Positions 37,045-50,515 of a stretch of DNA of 64,000 nt are shown one piece after another. The DNA lies in NCBI RefSeq assembly GCF_963921235.1, contig NC_086109.1, positions 5,148,001-5,212,000 on the forward strand, in the 5' to 3' direction. Under the pieces are notes generated by a model that did no database searches, had not been told where the DNA came from, and saw only the letters and a program-made list of their open reading frames with translations. How positions within the stretch are numbered: position 1 is the stretch's first letter; each line of letters starts with the position of its first letter. This DNA comes from Mobula hypostoma (Eukaryota). The position numbers and the translations under genes are program-made.

Positions 37045-37320
37045 ATGGAGACGATGAATGAGTTGATCCCTTTTGCCCGGGAGATGCTGGGCCAACGGCC
37101 CAACAGGAAGATGCTGAAGATCTATGCGATTGGCACGGTGCTGGCGTTCTTCGGGGTGGTGGTGGGGCTGGTGGAGACAGTGTGCTCCCCATTCGCATCC
37201 GGCGAGGCAGAGGAGCGGATGCAGGAAGCCCGACCGCCCCAAGCCCAGCGCAAGGATCTGCAGAAACTGAACGACAAGGAGAAACTGAGCCCAAAGCGGT
37301 ATCGCAAGCCTGCGTTATGA
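37045..37320 (+). CDS. G0S2: G0/G1 switch protein 2 (ATGL inhibitor), 91 aa, single coding exon
   Basis: METMNELIPFAREMLGQRPNRKMLKIYAIGTVLAFFGVVVGLVETVCSPF matches the conserved G0S2 N-terminus and hydrophobic domain; splice acceptor 7 nt upstream of the ATG. Confidence 0.95.
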   Translation: METMNELIPFAREMLGQRPNRKMLKIYAIGTVLAFFGVVVGLVETVCSPFASGEAEERMQEARPPQAQRKDLQKLNDKEKLSPKRYRKPAL

Positions 37321-37507
37321 CCCTCCTGGTGAGGCAGGAGAGAGCTGGGCTGCAGAGCAGCCTCCATAGACTTGGATAATGATCTGCCAGCTACTCCTTG
37401 TAGGAGCTATGGTTGGTCTTCAGTTTGCTACTGTGCAGCAGAGTTGTATTGTTGTACTGTTCTGGTACCCTGTAAACAATTTTTTATACTGTGCATTTTT
37501 TGCATTC

Positions 37508-37513
37508 AATAAA
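37508..37513 (+). terminator. G0S2 polyadenylation signal
   Basis: AATAAA about 190 nt after the stop, followed by T-rich sequence. Confidence 0.7.
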
Positions 37514-40429
37514 CTGGCATTTTTAATGAGATATAAATATGTGAACCTGTAATTTATTTGATCTTGTTTTATTTTAGTTAGAGTAGAGCTCAGTAACTGG
37601 CCCTCCTGCACAACAAGCCATACCATCCCTTGCACCCGTGTGACCAGTTAACCTACTGTCCCGAACCACAGGAGATTCTGCAGATGCTGGCACACACAAA
37701 ATGCTGGAGGAACTCAGCAGGCCAGGCAGCATCTATGGAAATGAATAAACAGTTGACGTTTTGGGCAGAGGCCCTTCTTCAGGACTGGAAAGGAAGGGGT
37801 AAGGAGGAGGGAGGGGAGAACAAGCTGGGTTAGCAGAACCTACTAACCAGTACTGCTTTGGAATGTGGGAGGAAACTGGAGTACCTGGTATTATTTAAAA
37901 TTTTGCAGTCAGTCACAGTGACCCCCTTCCCCACCCCACCCCCAGTACTGAGTGGGGTTCTTTATGGTGCGGGCAGTGCAGGGGCATAGCAGTGACTGTA
38001 ATGTAGTGCTAGCAGTCACAGATCAGGGTCAAATTTCCACCTCTGAAGAGTTTGTGTTCTCCCTGTGGGCTTCCTCTGGTGCCTGCAGTTTCCTCTCGTG
38101 TGACCAATGTGTACAGGTTAGGGTTAGTAAGCTGTGGGCTGCCCCCAGCTTGTCATCAGACTGTGTTAGTCTTTGATGGAAATGATGCCTCTCACTGTTT
38201 TGATGTACGTGAGAAATCTTTTGATTAACTACAGTGAGACTTGGGGCAACGGTCACTGGCTGGGTAAAAGTGACTTGAGCTCAAAGGAAATGAGGGGTGA
38301 GTTTTGTAACAGCGGTGGGTGGCAGTGAAGGCAAGTACAGGAGTAGCATTTAAGAGATTCTCAGGCATGTGGAAGTACAGAAAATGGTGAGGTTTTGACA
38401 TTGTGTAGGCAGAAGGAGTTGGCTTAATTAGACATTTAATTACTAATTGAATTAGATCAGCATAACATTGTTTGGCTGCTGTTTGTTCTTGCGTATTGCT
38501 TTGAGTGTTTCAGGAAGCAAGTGGGATGTCTGTAGAAGATGTACTGAATACCCTACCCCTGGCCAGATAACCTTTTCCTAACTGTTGAGAGATTAACATT
38601 GATCAGGGAACAAGTTTGATGGTCAACTTGAACTTCCACATTAACCAGTCCCAGTGCAGCCAGAGTCTTGGTTAAATGTCTGTTGACATGGAACAGTACA
38701 ACCCAGGGGCAGATTCTTCAGCCCATCGTGTCTGCGGTGACGAGGGTGCTGATCTAAGCTAATTCCATCTGCCTGCTGGTTGTCAGCATACTCCAGTTCC
38801 CTGCCTTTTCATGTGTCTATGTGTCGCTGTCACACCTGCTTCCACAGGCTCCCCTGGTGACATGTTCCAGTCAGTCACCATTCTGTGTCGAAGCTGTATT
38901 GGAATTTGTGTTCCAGTCAGTCACCACTCTGTAGAAACTATTGGAATTCATTTATCATTTGCATCGACCTAGGTACAGTGAAAAGCTTGTTTCTAACACA
39001 TCAATTCATTACACAGAGCAAGGGGAGAACAATAACAATGAAAACTGGAGTGTAAAAGCAACAGAAGGTGCAGTGCAGGTAAACAATGAAGTGCAAGATC
39101 GTAACAAGGTAGACTGAGGCCAAGAATCCATCTTGTCTAAGAGATCGCTTCAAGAGTCTGCTAGTAGCAGAAGAAAAGCTGTCCTCGAGCTTTGTGCCTG
39201 CTTTCAGGTTCTTGTATCTTCTGACCGATGGGAGAAGGGAGACTACATGGAGTTGGGGGAGGGGGTCTTTGCTTATGTTGGTTGCGTTACCAAGGCAGTG
39301 CATAGTGCCGACAGAGTGCGCAGTGGCAAGGCTGGATTCTGTGATGTATCTACAGCACTCTCGTGTTTCCTGAGGATGAGGGCGGAGTAGTCACCATACC
39401 AAGCCTGCAGTAAAGTTGGATTTACAGTTGTATATCCAAGCTAAAATTAGCAAGGTATAAACGACTTATGATTTCTGCAGGATCACTGTTCTGTGGGTTT
39501 ACCTTGCCCACTACACTGTGCTAACTAATGAAATATAATCACTCCCTTGTGTTTCTTCCTCCCCTCCATCTTCTAACTATGGCACCTCATCTTTTTTTTC
39601 CTCTCCTGTCCTGCTGAAGGGTCTCGGCCCGAAACATCGACTGTACCCTTTTCCATCGATGCTGCCTGGCCTGCTGGGTTCCTCCAGCACTTTGTGCGTG
39701 TGTATAGCTTGGATTTCCGGCATCTGCAGATTTTCTCTTGTTTGGAAATATAATTGCTCTCCAACTTCCTCCCCCCCCCCCCCATCTGTCCTGGTCTTAG
39801 ACAACGAAGATATTTCCTTCTGGCTGGCCCATCTCCACCCCTGGGTGGAGGGCTGGAGCTAAGTATCTACTGAAGGACTGAAGGAGGTGTAAGGCGCCCC
39901 TTCCCTCCACTAGGACAAGGTGTAGCACCTGCTTAGCCACCCCCTCCACCCCCATGGGAACAGGGGGTGGATGGTCGTACGAACAGCTGGTGCATATTAC
40001 AAGTCTTGGTTATGGCAGGCAGACAATCTCTGGCTGGGGTCACCTCTGTTGTAAAGACACTGGCCAGGAAAAGGCAATGGCAAACCACTTCTGTAGAAGG
40101 ATTGCCAAGAACAATCATGGTCATGAGATCATGACTGCCTATGTAGTATGACACAGCACATAGTGATGATTCAAAGAACATTCATTATCAAAGCATGTAT
40201 GCAGTATACAACCCCGAAATTCATCATCCCACAGACAGCCACAAAACAAAGAAAACCATGGAACCCATTCAAAGAAAAACATTAAACCCCCCCGGGGAGG
40301 AAACAAACTGTGCAAATGTCAAAAAAGAGTGAAAAAACACAGGACATAAAACATTAAATGAGTCAGTTATCAAAACAGTCCAGGAATATTCAGTTTCAGC
40401 TCAGTTCAGTTCAATCTAGCGGATCGGGT

Positions 40430-42735
40430 CTAGAATATTCTGAAGGGGGAAGGTGAGCAGCCAGTTGTCTTGGTACATGTTGGTACCAATGACATAGATA
40501 GGACAAAGGAGGAGGTCCTGAAGAGAGATTTCTGGGAGTTAGGAAGGAAGCTGAGAAGCAGGACCTCCAGGGTAGTAATCTCGGGATTGCTACCTGTGCC
40601 ACGCGCTAGCGAGGGCAAGAATAGTAGGATCAGGCAGATGAATGCGTGGCTGAGAGACTGGTGCAGGGAGCAGGGCTTCAGATTCTTGGATCATTGGGAT
40701 CTCTTCTGGGGGAAGTATGACCTGTTCAAAAAGGACAGGTTACTCCTGAACCCGAAGGGGACCAATATCCTGGCGGGAAAGTTTAATAGAGCTGTTAGGG
40801 AGGGTTTAAACTAATTTGGCAGGGGATTGGGAACCGGAATGATAGAGCAGAGGAAGGGGAAAACAGAAATAAATCTAAGATAGTGAGCAGTAAAGATGTC
40901 AGGAAAGACAGGCAGGTGATGGGGCACATTTGGAGCTATTGGGATGAGTTGCAGTGCAATAAAGTTGCAGTGAAATCAAAGCGAAAGGTACCAAATACTG
41001 GTCTTAAGGTGTTATACTTAAATGCACGCAGCATAAGGAATAAGGTGGATGATCTTGTCGTACAGCTGCAGATTGGCAGGTATGATATTGTGGCCATCAC
41101 TGAGACGTGGCTAAAGGATGCATGTCTCAGGAAGCTGAATAGTCTAAAGGTTGATAAATCTCTCGGACCAGATGGAATGCACCCTCGTGTTCTGAAGGAA
41201 GTAGCTGTGGAGATTGCGGAGGCATTAGCAATGATCTTTCAAAAGTCAATAGATTCTGGCATGGTTCCGGAGGACTGGAAGATTGCAAATGTCACTCTGC
41301 TATTTAAGAAGGGAGCAAGGAAGCAAAAAGGAAATTATAGACCTGTTAGCTTGACATCGGTGGTTGGGAAGTTGTTGGAGTCGATTGTCAAGGATGAGGT
41401 TACGGAGTACCTGGAGGCATATGACAAGATAGGCAGAGCTCAGCATGGATTCCTTAAAGGAAAATTCTGTCTGACAAACCTATTACAACTTTTTGAGGAA
41501 ATTACAAGTAGGCTAGACAAGGGAGAAGCAGTGGATGTTGTATATTTGGATTTTCAGAAGGCCTTTGACAAGGTGCCACACATGAGACTACTTAACAAGA
41601 TAAGAGCCCATGGAATTACGGGAAAGTTACATACATGGATAGAGTGTTGGCTGATTGGCAGGAAACAGAGAGTGGGAATAAAGGGATCCTATTCTGGTTG
41701 GCTGCCGGTTACCAGTGGTGTTCCACAGGGGTTCGTGTTGGGGCTGCTTCTTTTTACATTGTATATCAACGATTTGGATTATGGAATAGATGGCTTTGTG
41801 GCTAAGTTTGCTGATGATACGAAGATAGGTGGAGGGGCAGGTAGTGCTGAGGAAACGGAGAGTCTGCAGAGAGACTTGGATAGATTGGAAGAATGGGCAA
41901 AGAGTGGCAAATGAAATACAATGTTGGAAAGTGTATGGTTATGCACTTTGGCAGAAGAAATAAACGGGCAGACTATTATTTAAATGGGGAGAGAATTCAA
42001 AGTTCTGAGATGCAACGGGACTTGGAAGTCCTCGTACAGGATACCCTTGTTAACCTCCAGGTTGAGTTGGTGGTGAAGAAGGCGAATGCAATATTGGCAT
42101 TCATTTCTAGAGGAATAGAGTATAGAGCAGGGATGTGATGTTGAGGCTCTATAAGGCGCTGGTGAGACCTCACTTGGAGTACTGTGGGCAGTTTTGATCT
42201 CCTTATTTAAGAAAGGATGTGCTGATGCTGGAGAGGGTACAGAGATGATTCATTAGAATGATTCCGGGAATGAGAGGGTTAACATATGAGGAATGTTTGT
42301 CCGCTCTTGGACTGTATTCCTTGGAGTTTAGAAGCATGAGGGGAGACCTCATAGAAGCATTTCGAATGTTGAAAGGCATGGTCAGAGTGGATGTAGCAAA
42401 GTTGTTTCCCATGATGGGGGAGTCTAGTACGAGAGGGCATGACTTAAGGATTGAAGGGCGCCCATTCAGAACAGAAATGCGAAGAAATTTTTTTAGTCAG
42501 AGGGTGGTGAATCTATGGAATTTGTTGCCACGGGCAGCAGTGGAGGCCAAGTCATTGGGTGTACTTAAGGCAGAGATTGATAGGTATCTGAGTAACCAGG
42601 GCATCAAAGGTTATGGTGAGAAGGCGGGGGAGTGGGACTAAATGGGAGAATGGATCTGCTCATGATAAAATGGCGGAGCAGACTCGATGGGCCGAATGGC
42701 CGACTTCTGCTCCTTTGTCTTATGGTCTTATGGTG
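40430..42735 (+). mobile_element. CR1 LINE with ORF1 SGNH-esterase C-terminus and internally deleted, frameshifted ORF2
   Basis: VHVGTNDI...WDLFWG (ORF1); YLNARSIRNK...ITETWL fused directly to KSLGPDGMHPRVLKE...KFADD; (TCTTATGG)n tail. Confidence 0.9.
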
Positions 42736-44121
42736 TTGTTCGTTGACCGCAGGCTGCAGAGCCAGACCACCCCGATCAAAATCACCCTAAATAGCAACAA
42801 AAAAGGAGCGACCAGAAACCAGAAACACATTCTAACATGAACTACAGAGTCCAGTCCACAAACCACATTGATTAAACCTTGCCCAAAACCCAGGACTCCA
42901 GCAGCGTCCTCCAGCCGCAAGGAGGGAGAGAGAGTCTGATCTCCACCACGTTCACTGCAATTTGAAACCACTCTTATCTTCCACAGATACCACCTGAACT
43001 GCTGTACATATCCAGCATTCTTTAATTTAATTTCAAACTTACAGTGTCTGCATTTTAGAAAAAAAAAATTTCATTGCTGTGTTTCTTCCGTATGACAGTA
43101 CAGGGGGCGGGTGGTCAAACAAACAAAATGCAAATTAATAAGGGATGTAAACTATAATAAATGTCTAAATGAATGGTGGAAGAAACACATTTGTCTAATA
43201 ATTGCAAGGGATTGATTATCGACAAGAGCTTCGAGTCAGTTTGGCTTAACTTCTAACATTAGAATGTGCCAAATTTAGAGCACTCTTCTGATTCAGATAC
43301 AGAGTTCTCACCACCCACTTAAACAAACAACATTTGCTGCGCTCTGCACTTTACGGAGATCTTTCCACAGCTTTCTGCAGTTGGCAGAGAGAGTGAATAA
43401 TAATGAGATGCCTGATTGCGAAGTTTAAATGTCAGAGGAAGGCAGGAGACATTGCACCAACTTCTATACCACCTAGAGTGGGAGGGAGTCTCGCACACAA
43501 GCGGGAAATCAGTTTGGGTTCCCATTGGAAAATGGCGCAGAAATTGATTTTTAAAATGGCAAAAGTAATTTTTTATAAACACAAACATACAATGGAAAAT
43601 AAGCAACACACACAAAATGTTGGAGGAACTCAGCAGGTCAGGCAGCATCTATGGAAATGAATAAACAGTCGACATTTGGCCTGAGACCCTTCTTTAGGAC
43701 ACTTACTATTTGACGGACAGAAATTTGACAATTTGGGTAATGTTTGCTTATATCAGCTGAGAATACCATTTGAGGGTGCAGAGCCTTCAGTGTGGATTCC
43801 TCCTTCTACCCTTTACCTTTTCCACCTATCCCATCCCAGCTTCTCACTTCACCTGGTCTCACCTACCTCCCCCAACCCCATCTTAATCTGGCTTCTTATC
43901 CCTTCCACCGACCACGTGCTTACCTGCTCTTCCCCATCCTCCCTCCAGCCTACCAGAGATAGGGTTCCTCTTGTCCTCACCTACCACCCCACCAGCCTCA
44001 TTAGATGCTGCCTGGCCTGCTGAGTTCCTTCAGCACTTTGTGTGTGCTGCTTTGGATTTCTAGCACCTGCAGAATCTCCATTGTTTGTGCCTTATCCCTT
44101 CCTTTCCAGCACTGATGAATG

Positions 44122-44436
44122 CTACTAGTACTACTACGTCGACTCAGGCCTAGGGGGCCGGCGTCGGACACGATGACGGACTCTCCAGTTCTCCCTCTCC
44201 CTCATCAATGTGTTCAGTTCATCTACATTAGCCGCGCCGCTGTCTTCTAGGAGCGTGTTGACCATAGTCTTGGGAGGGCGCCCAGGGTTCATCTTCCCGT
44301 GCTTGGGCTCCCGTAAGATGACTAGGCTGGCAGGTAGCTCGGGGTGGCGTAGACAGTGCCCCGCTAGTTGCAGTCTTCTCGCCTTGGTTTTAGTGGAGAG
44401 CATCGGTAGGTTGTTATAGAGCTCAACGTTCGTCAT
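44122..44436 (-). mobile_element. 5'-truncated RTE/RTEX-clade LINE 3' end
   Basis: RRLQLAGHCLRHPE...GRPPKT...W motif, (TAG)n tail, 9-bp TSD TGATGAATG (44113-21, 44437-45). Confidence 0.85.
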
Positions 44437-44804
44437 TGATGAATGGGCGACTGTTTATTCTCCTCCATAGACACTGCCTGACCAGCTGAGTTCCTCTAGC
44501 ATTTTGTGGGTGTTGCTCTGAGTTTGTACGCTTGAAGGTGATCAAAGGGTTTCAGGTTGTGACTAAATTAAACCGCAGCGGCTAAAAAATATACTGCCTA
44601 TGCGGAGTGTGCAGGAAGTTCTCAGCTGTCTTGTAACCCACTTCCCAGTTCCAAAATATTAAACTTAACGGAGCTTTCTTCAGGAACGAGCTACAAGGTG
44701 GAGTCCCAGTGAAGTTCAGTCAGTGGAACGAGGATAATACTCTTTCCCCCCCCCATGAGGTAAAAAGAGGTTGATCCTCCTCCAACCGCATTCAGCCCCC
44801 TCCT

Positions 44805-45235
44805 TCTGGATGAGGAAAACTGTGAACCATCCTCCGCCTCCACCCCCAGTGAGGAAAACTGATGACCATCATTCCCCCAAAGCCCCACCCCAATGAGGGA
44901 AAATGAGGACTATCCTTCCCCGAAACCCCCTCTCCAATGAGGAAATTCGAAGACCATCCTTCCCCCAACCCCCACCCCAATGAGAATGAGGACCATCCTT
45001 CCCCAAAATCCCCACCCCGATGAGGAAATTCGAGGACCATCCTTCCCCCAAACCCCCACCCTGACAAAGGAAAACGAGGACCATTCTTCCACAAAATCCC
45101 CACCCCAATCAGGAAAAATGAGGACCATCCTTCCCCCAAACCCCACCCCGATGATAACGAGGACCATCCTTCCCCCAAAACCCCCACCCTGATGAGAAAC
45201 TTCGAGGATCATCCTCAGCCCCACTGATAGGGAAA
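44805..45235 (+). repeat. Minisatellite, about 10 units of ~40-45 bp (tgaggaaaatgaggaccatccttcccccaaaacccccacccc)
   Basis: Directly visible tandem array. Confidence 0.9.
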
Positions 45236-45853
45236 AGTCAGAGTTTTCTGAGCCAGCTGGCTGCAGGAAACTGGCCACCGAGTCTGTGTTGACTTTTTGC
45301 TCAGCACCCTGTTCGTGGGTCGCAGTTCAGACAGACGGCCTCAGGTTTATGTCTCATCCAGTTCTTATCAGAGCACCGCCACACGCAATGCTTGGCATTT
45401 ACTCTCGGATCCGCAAACCTCTCCTTGAAACTTTGGCGTGCTCTTGCATCAGCTCAGACGGAGAATGCTCCAGCAAAATGTAAAGAGACGCAATGCAGAG
45501 TGGAACATCAGAAACGGAATGATTAGGCCGCTCAGTCCCTCGTGATTGGACGTATCTCAGTGCCACTTACCTCTCCCCTGACCTTAACGGCCCCACCCAC
45601 ACCAGACATTCACAGAACTGCACCCCCCCCTACTCCATCCTCCGTTCAGCAGAAAATACAAAAGCCAGAAAGCACAGGTTCAGAATTATTTATTACATGC
45701 TCACAACTTCCTGCAGCTGCCTGTAAGGAGTTTGTACGTTCTCCCCGTGACCATGTGGGTTTCCTTCGGGTGCTCTGGTTTCCTCCCACAGTCTGAAGAC
45801 TTACCGAAGACTTGATCATTGTAAGTTGTCCCGTGAGGCGAATGGGGGTTTCC

Positions 45854-47305
45854 TTTCCTTCTTTCTCTCTTTCTTTTCTTTTTAAATCTTTTTATTAATT
45901 TTCCAAAATTATAAACAGAATAACAATATTGATACAGAGAGATTGGAACAATCTTATTGTTGATCAGCATCTACAAAAAAAGATTTCAAAATACAGGTAT
46001 AATAAACTTCCAAACTCTTAATCTAATTAATCATGGAGAAAAAAGAAATAAAAAGAAAAAAAATACAAAGAAAAACCCCAAACCACCCCCCCCAAAAAAG
46101 AAACTAAATACTAAACCCCCCAAAAAAAGCAAACGGAACAAAACAAGGCTAGACCAATATCTTAAATCGAACATGTTCAGTAATGTCGTCAGCTCCGCTC
46201 CTCTATTCATATATCTTAAGTTAATAAAAAGGATTCGGAAAAGGTCAAATTACATCATATGAAAATGTTGAATAAGTGGTTTCCAAGTCTCTTCAAATTT
46301 AACCGAAGGATCAAAAACGTCACTTCTGATTTTTCTAAACTTAAACATGATATATTTTGGGAAAACCATTGAGATGTGGTAGGAGGGTTGGTCTCCTTCT
46401 AGTTCAATAAAATGGATCTTCCGGCCATTAAAGTAACAAATGCGATCATCCAACAGGCTGAAGAGAATAAAAATCTATGTTCTATCATTGGCAAACCAAA
46501 AATTGCCGTAATAAGGTGGGGTTGTAAATCAAAACACAAAACTGTTGAGATAATATCAAAAATATCTTTCCAGAATTTTTCCAAAAGAGGGCAGGACCAA
46601 AACATATGAGTCAAGGAAGCCACCTCAGAGTGACATCTGTCACAGATAGGGTTTATGTGGGAATAAAAACGAGCTAGTTTATCTTTAGACATATGGGCCC
46701 TATGCACTATTTTAAATTGTATTAATGTATGTTTGGCACATATAGAGTAAGAACTGACTAATTGAAGAATTTTATCCCATTTCTCTATGGGTAAGCAATG
46801 TTGAAGTTCCCTTTCCCATTCATTTTTAATTTTATCAGATATACCTGGCTGTAATTTCATAATTATATCATAAATAGATGCTATTAATCCCTTCTGAAAG
46901 GGATTTAAACCTAAAATTTTATTGATGATATCAGTAGGGTATGAGATCGGGAAGGTAGGCAACGTTGTATTTTAAAAGGTTCTTATTTGTAAATATCTAA
47001 AAAAATGGGATCTGGGCAAATTAAATTTATTAGATAACTGTTCAAAAGACATGAAACAGTTATCCAGAAATAAGTCACGAAAACATGTTATACCTTTCAT
47101 TTTCCATATCAAAAAGGCTTGGTCCATAACTGAGGGTTGAAAAAAAATTAGATATAATAGGGCTTGATAATATAAATTTGTTCAAACCAAAGAAGTTATG
47201 AAATTGAAACCATATTCGTAATGTATGTTTAATTATTGGATTAACCATTTATCTATTCAATTTAGATAATACGAAAGGAAGTGAAGTTCCTAAAATGGAA
47301 GCCAA
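45854..47305 (-). mobile_element. L1/Tx1-clade LINE 3' portion inserted in a SINE
   Basis: CDRCHSEVASLTHMFWSC zinc-knuckle, A-rich tail, 10-bp TSD GGGGGTTTCC (45844-53, 47306-15). Confidence 0.85.
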
Positions 47306-47929
47306 GGGGGTTTCCAGCGGCGTGGCTCGAAGAGTCAGAAGGGTCTGTTCTGTACTCTATCTCAATAAATAAGTGAACATACTAACTCTAACCATACGGC
47401 TTTGGGGTGTGGGAGGAAATTGGTGCATCTGGAACAAACCCACACAGTCACGGGGAGAACGTACAAACCCCCTGCAGATAGCAGCGGGTATTGAATCCTA
47501 AACTTCTCGCTGGCATTGTAAAGCATGAGGCTGCCATGCCACCCAAAATATCACTGAGCAAATGGCCAAGAGGCTACCCTGCTTCTGTGTTCGGTGACAA
47601 AACTCTTGCCAGCAATAGATGTCAACTATCTTCAGTGCTTTTGTTTTAAGAATCCACATTCAGGAGCTTGTCCGGGGGATGGTCTGGTCAGTGGTTCAAA
47701 GTAAATTTATTATAAAAATACATGTACGTCACCATATACAACCCTGAGATTCACTTTCTTGTGGGCATCCTCAATAAACCTATAGAATAATAGCCATAAC
47801 AGAATCAATGTAAGACTGCCCAACTTTAGTGTTGAACCAGAGTGCAGGAGGCAACAAACTGTGCAAATACAAAAAGAAAGAAATAATATAAATAAGCAAT
47901 AAATATTGAGAACATGAGATGAAGACTCT

Positions 47930-48590
47930 TTAGAAACATAGAAATCCTACAGCACAATACAAGCCCTTCGGCCCACAAAACTGTGCCAAACATGTCCTTA
48001 CCTTAGAAATTACCCAGGGTTACCCATAGCCCTCTATTTTTCTAAGCTCCATGTACCTGTCCAGGAGTCACTTAAAAGACCCTATCGTATCCACCTCCAC
48101 CACCGTTGCTGGCAGCTCGTTCCACGCACTCACCACTCTCTGCGTAAAAAACTTACCCCTGACATCTCCTCTGTACCAACTTCCAAGCACCTTAAAACTG
48201 TGCCCTCTTGTGCTAGCCATTTCAGCCCTGGGAAAAATCCTCTGACTATCCACACGATCAGTACCTCTCATCATCTTGTACACCTCTATCAGGTCACCTC
48301 TCATCTTCCGTCGCTCTAAGGAGAAAAGACCAAGTTCACTTAACCTATCCTCATAAGGCATGCTCCCCAATCCAGGCAACATCTTTGTAAATCTGCTCTG
48401 CACCCTTTCTATGGCTTCCACATCCTTCCTGTAGTGAGGTGACCAGAACTGAGCACAGTACTCCAAGTGGAGTCTGACCAAGGTTCAATATAGCTGCAAC
48501 ATTACCTCTCGGCTCTTAAACTCAGTTCCACGATTGTTGAAGGCCAATGCACCATATGCCTTCTTAACCACAGAGTCAACCTGCACAGCA
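47930..48590 (-). mobile_element. CR1 LINE 3' fragment
   Basis: LVRLHLEYCAQFWSPHYRKD...RVVSAWNELP. Confidence 0.85.
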
Positions 48591-50129
48591 GTCTTTGATG
48601 TGGTGGTGATCAGGACTCAATGGAGCGGCTAAATCCTAGCTTGACTAGAGTGGCCATATGTTGTTATTGCTACCAATTTTATTTTAGTTGTACTTTATGA
48701 GTGACTGTTGATGCATCATTTCCCTAAAGTTCTCTGACTGAAGAAGCCAAATTCTGCCAGTTTTTGTAGGCTGGGTTGAAGACTGACAAAGCCCTCGCTC
48801 ATTGCCTGTCAAGTCAGTTTATTGTCAATCAGCTGAATACATGTATACCGCCAAATGAAACAACGTTACCACAGACCAAGGTGCACAGCACAGTACCTAT
48901 AACTCACACACAACATCGCCATCATCATTACGTGCCATGTTGTATGACGTGGGCGATCACGGTCTTTATCACCATGATTGTTCTTGGTAAAGTTTTCCAC
49001 AGAAGTGGCCTGTCATTGCCTTCTTCTGGACAGTGTCTTTACAAGACGGGAGACCCCAGCCATTATCAATACTCCTCAGAGATTGTCTGCCTGGTGTCGG
49101 TGGTCGCATAACCAGGACTTGTGATCTGCACCAGCTGCTCATACGACCGTCCACCATCTGCTCCCATGGCTTCACATGACCCTGATCGGGGGGCTAAGCA
49201 GATGCTACACCTTGCCCAAGGGTGACCTGCAGGCTAGTGGAGGGAAGGAGCGCCTTACACCTCCTTTGGTAGAAACATATCTCCACCTAATCACACAAAA
49301 CGCATGAAGTAATATTACCAGAAATAAATTAACAAATAATAAAATATATTCCAGAAGACTAACATTTATCATAGGGTGCAAAATGTGAATGGTATAACAC
49401 TACTAGCACTTCATACGTGATGAGACCTGGGTGGTAGCAAGAAGTTCCTAACCCCTACTGGTTCTTGAGAAAATGCTGGCAGGAGGAGCGTCTTAGCGTG
49501 GAACTACCTCAAAAGTTTGAATACTTGAGGGCATATCAACTGTATAAGCTGTAGTGGGGGGTGGGGTGGAATTTAAAGCGGATGTTGGGGGCAAGTTTTT
49601 ACACAGAGTATAATAGGTTCCTGGAGTTCGATGCCAGGGGACGTGGTGGAAGTAAACATCATGTGGCCATTCAAGAGGCTGCTAAACAGAGCATGGATAT
49701 GTAAAGAGTGGAGGGATATGAATCATGTGCCAGTAGAAAGAACTATTTCAATCTGGCATCATGCCAGTACAGACATGTAGGGCCGAAGTGCCTATTCTTG
49801 AGCAGGACATTTCTATGGTGTCCGTTCTGTACTGTCAGGTGAGGGAGAGGTCTGTAACTTACACCCAACAATGGAGCAGGATGGTATCTATCTCCCAGTT
49901 GGGATGGTGGGTGATCTGCTTGGGGTCCTGATGGTGATAATGTTCTCCACGACTACTGCACTGGTATCACAGCACAGCAAAGTGTGGCTCCTCAGAATTT
50001 TCTTTTGTCTATGAGAGACCGCTTGAAGCTGAACACAAATATAATTTCAGACTACTTGTATCACATAGGAATTTGGAGAACCAAAAAACTAACTTTTATT
50101 GAATACAATTAACTTTTATTTAATTGCAA

Positions 50130-50515
50130 AATGGTCCTGATGCTTTGTTCAACTAAACTAAAAATGTTTCATTGGTGATTTTCATTTGTACTTAGTTACT
50201 GAGGCTTCTCGCTTAAGTGCCCAACAATAATCAGCCAGCATTGAGGGATTCCAATTGCCCTGATACCATTTCTTCATGACTGCAATGTCCTGGTGAAACC
50301 TTTCACCGTGCTCGTCACTGACAGCACCAAGATTTGCAAGGAAGAAGTCTAAATGGGAATGCAGAAAATGAATCTTTAGTGACAATAGACAATAGGTGCA
50401 GGAGTAGGCCATTCAGCCCTTCGAGCCAGCACCACCATTCACTGTGATCATGGCTGATCATGCACAATGACACGTTGCACTTCATGGTTTTATATGCTTG
50501 AAACATGTCAACCAG
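50130..50515 (-). mobile_element. DNA transposase C-terminal remnant (Chapaev3/CMC-like), split by a short CR1 tail insertion (~50385-50465)
   Basis: Rejoined reading AYKTMKCNVS|LKIHFLHSHLDFFLANLGAVSDEHGERFHQDI..MKKWYQG.WNPSMLADYCW; family assignment from memory of the motif. Confidence 0.65.

Noticed and set aside
38862..38950. ~45-bp tandem duplication (a ~31-bp one also at ~58465-58530)
   Set aside because: Ordinary slippage inside decayed repeats.
44805..45235. Regularly spaced repeats as a CRISPR array or tandem hammerheads (ctgatgagaaac at ~45189)
   Set aside because: No unique spacers, no cas genes, eukaryotic context; no stem II between CUGAUGA and GAAA. It is a minisatellite.
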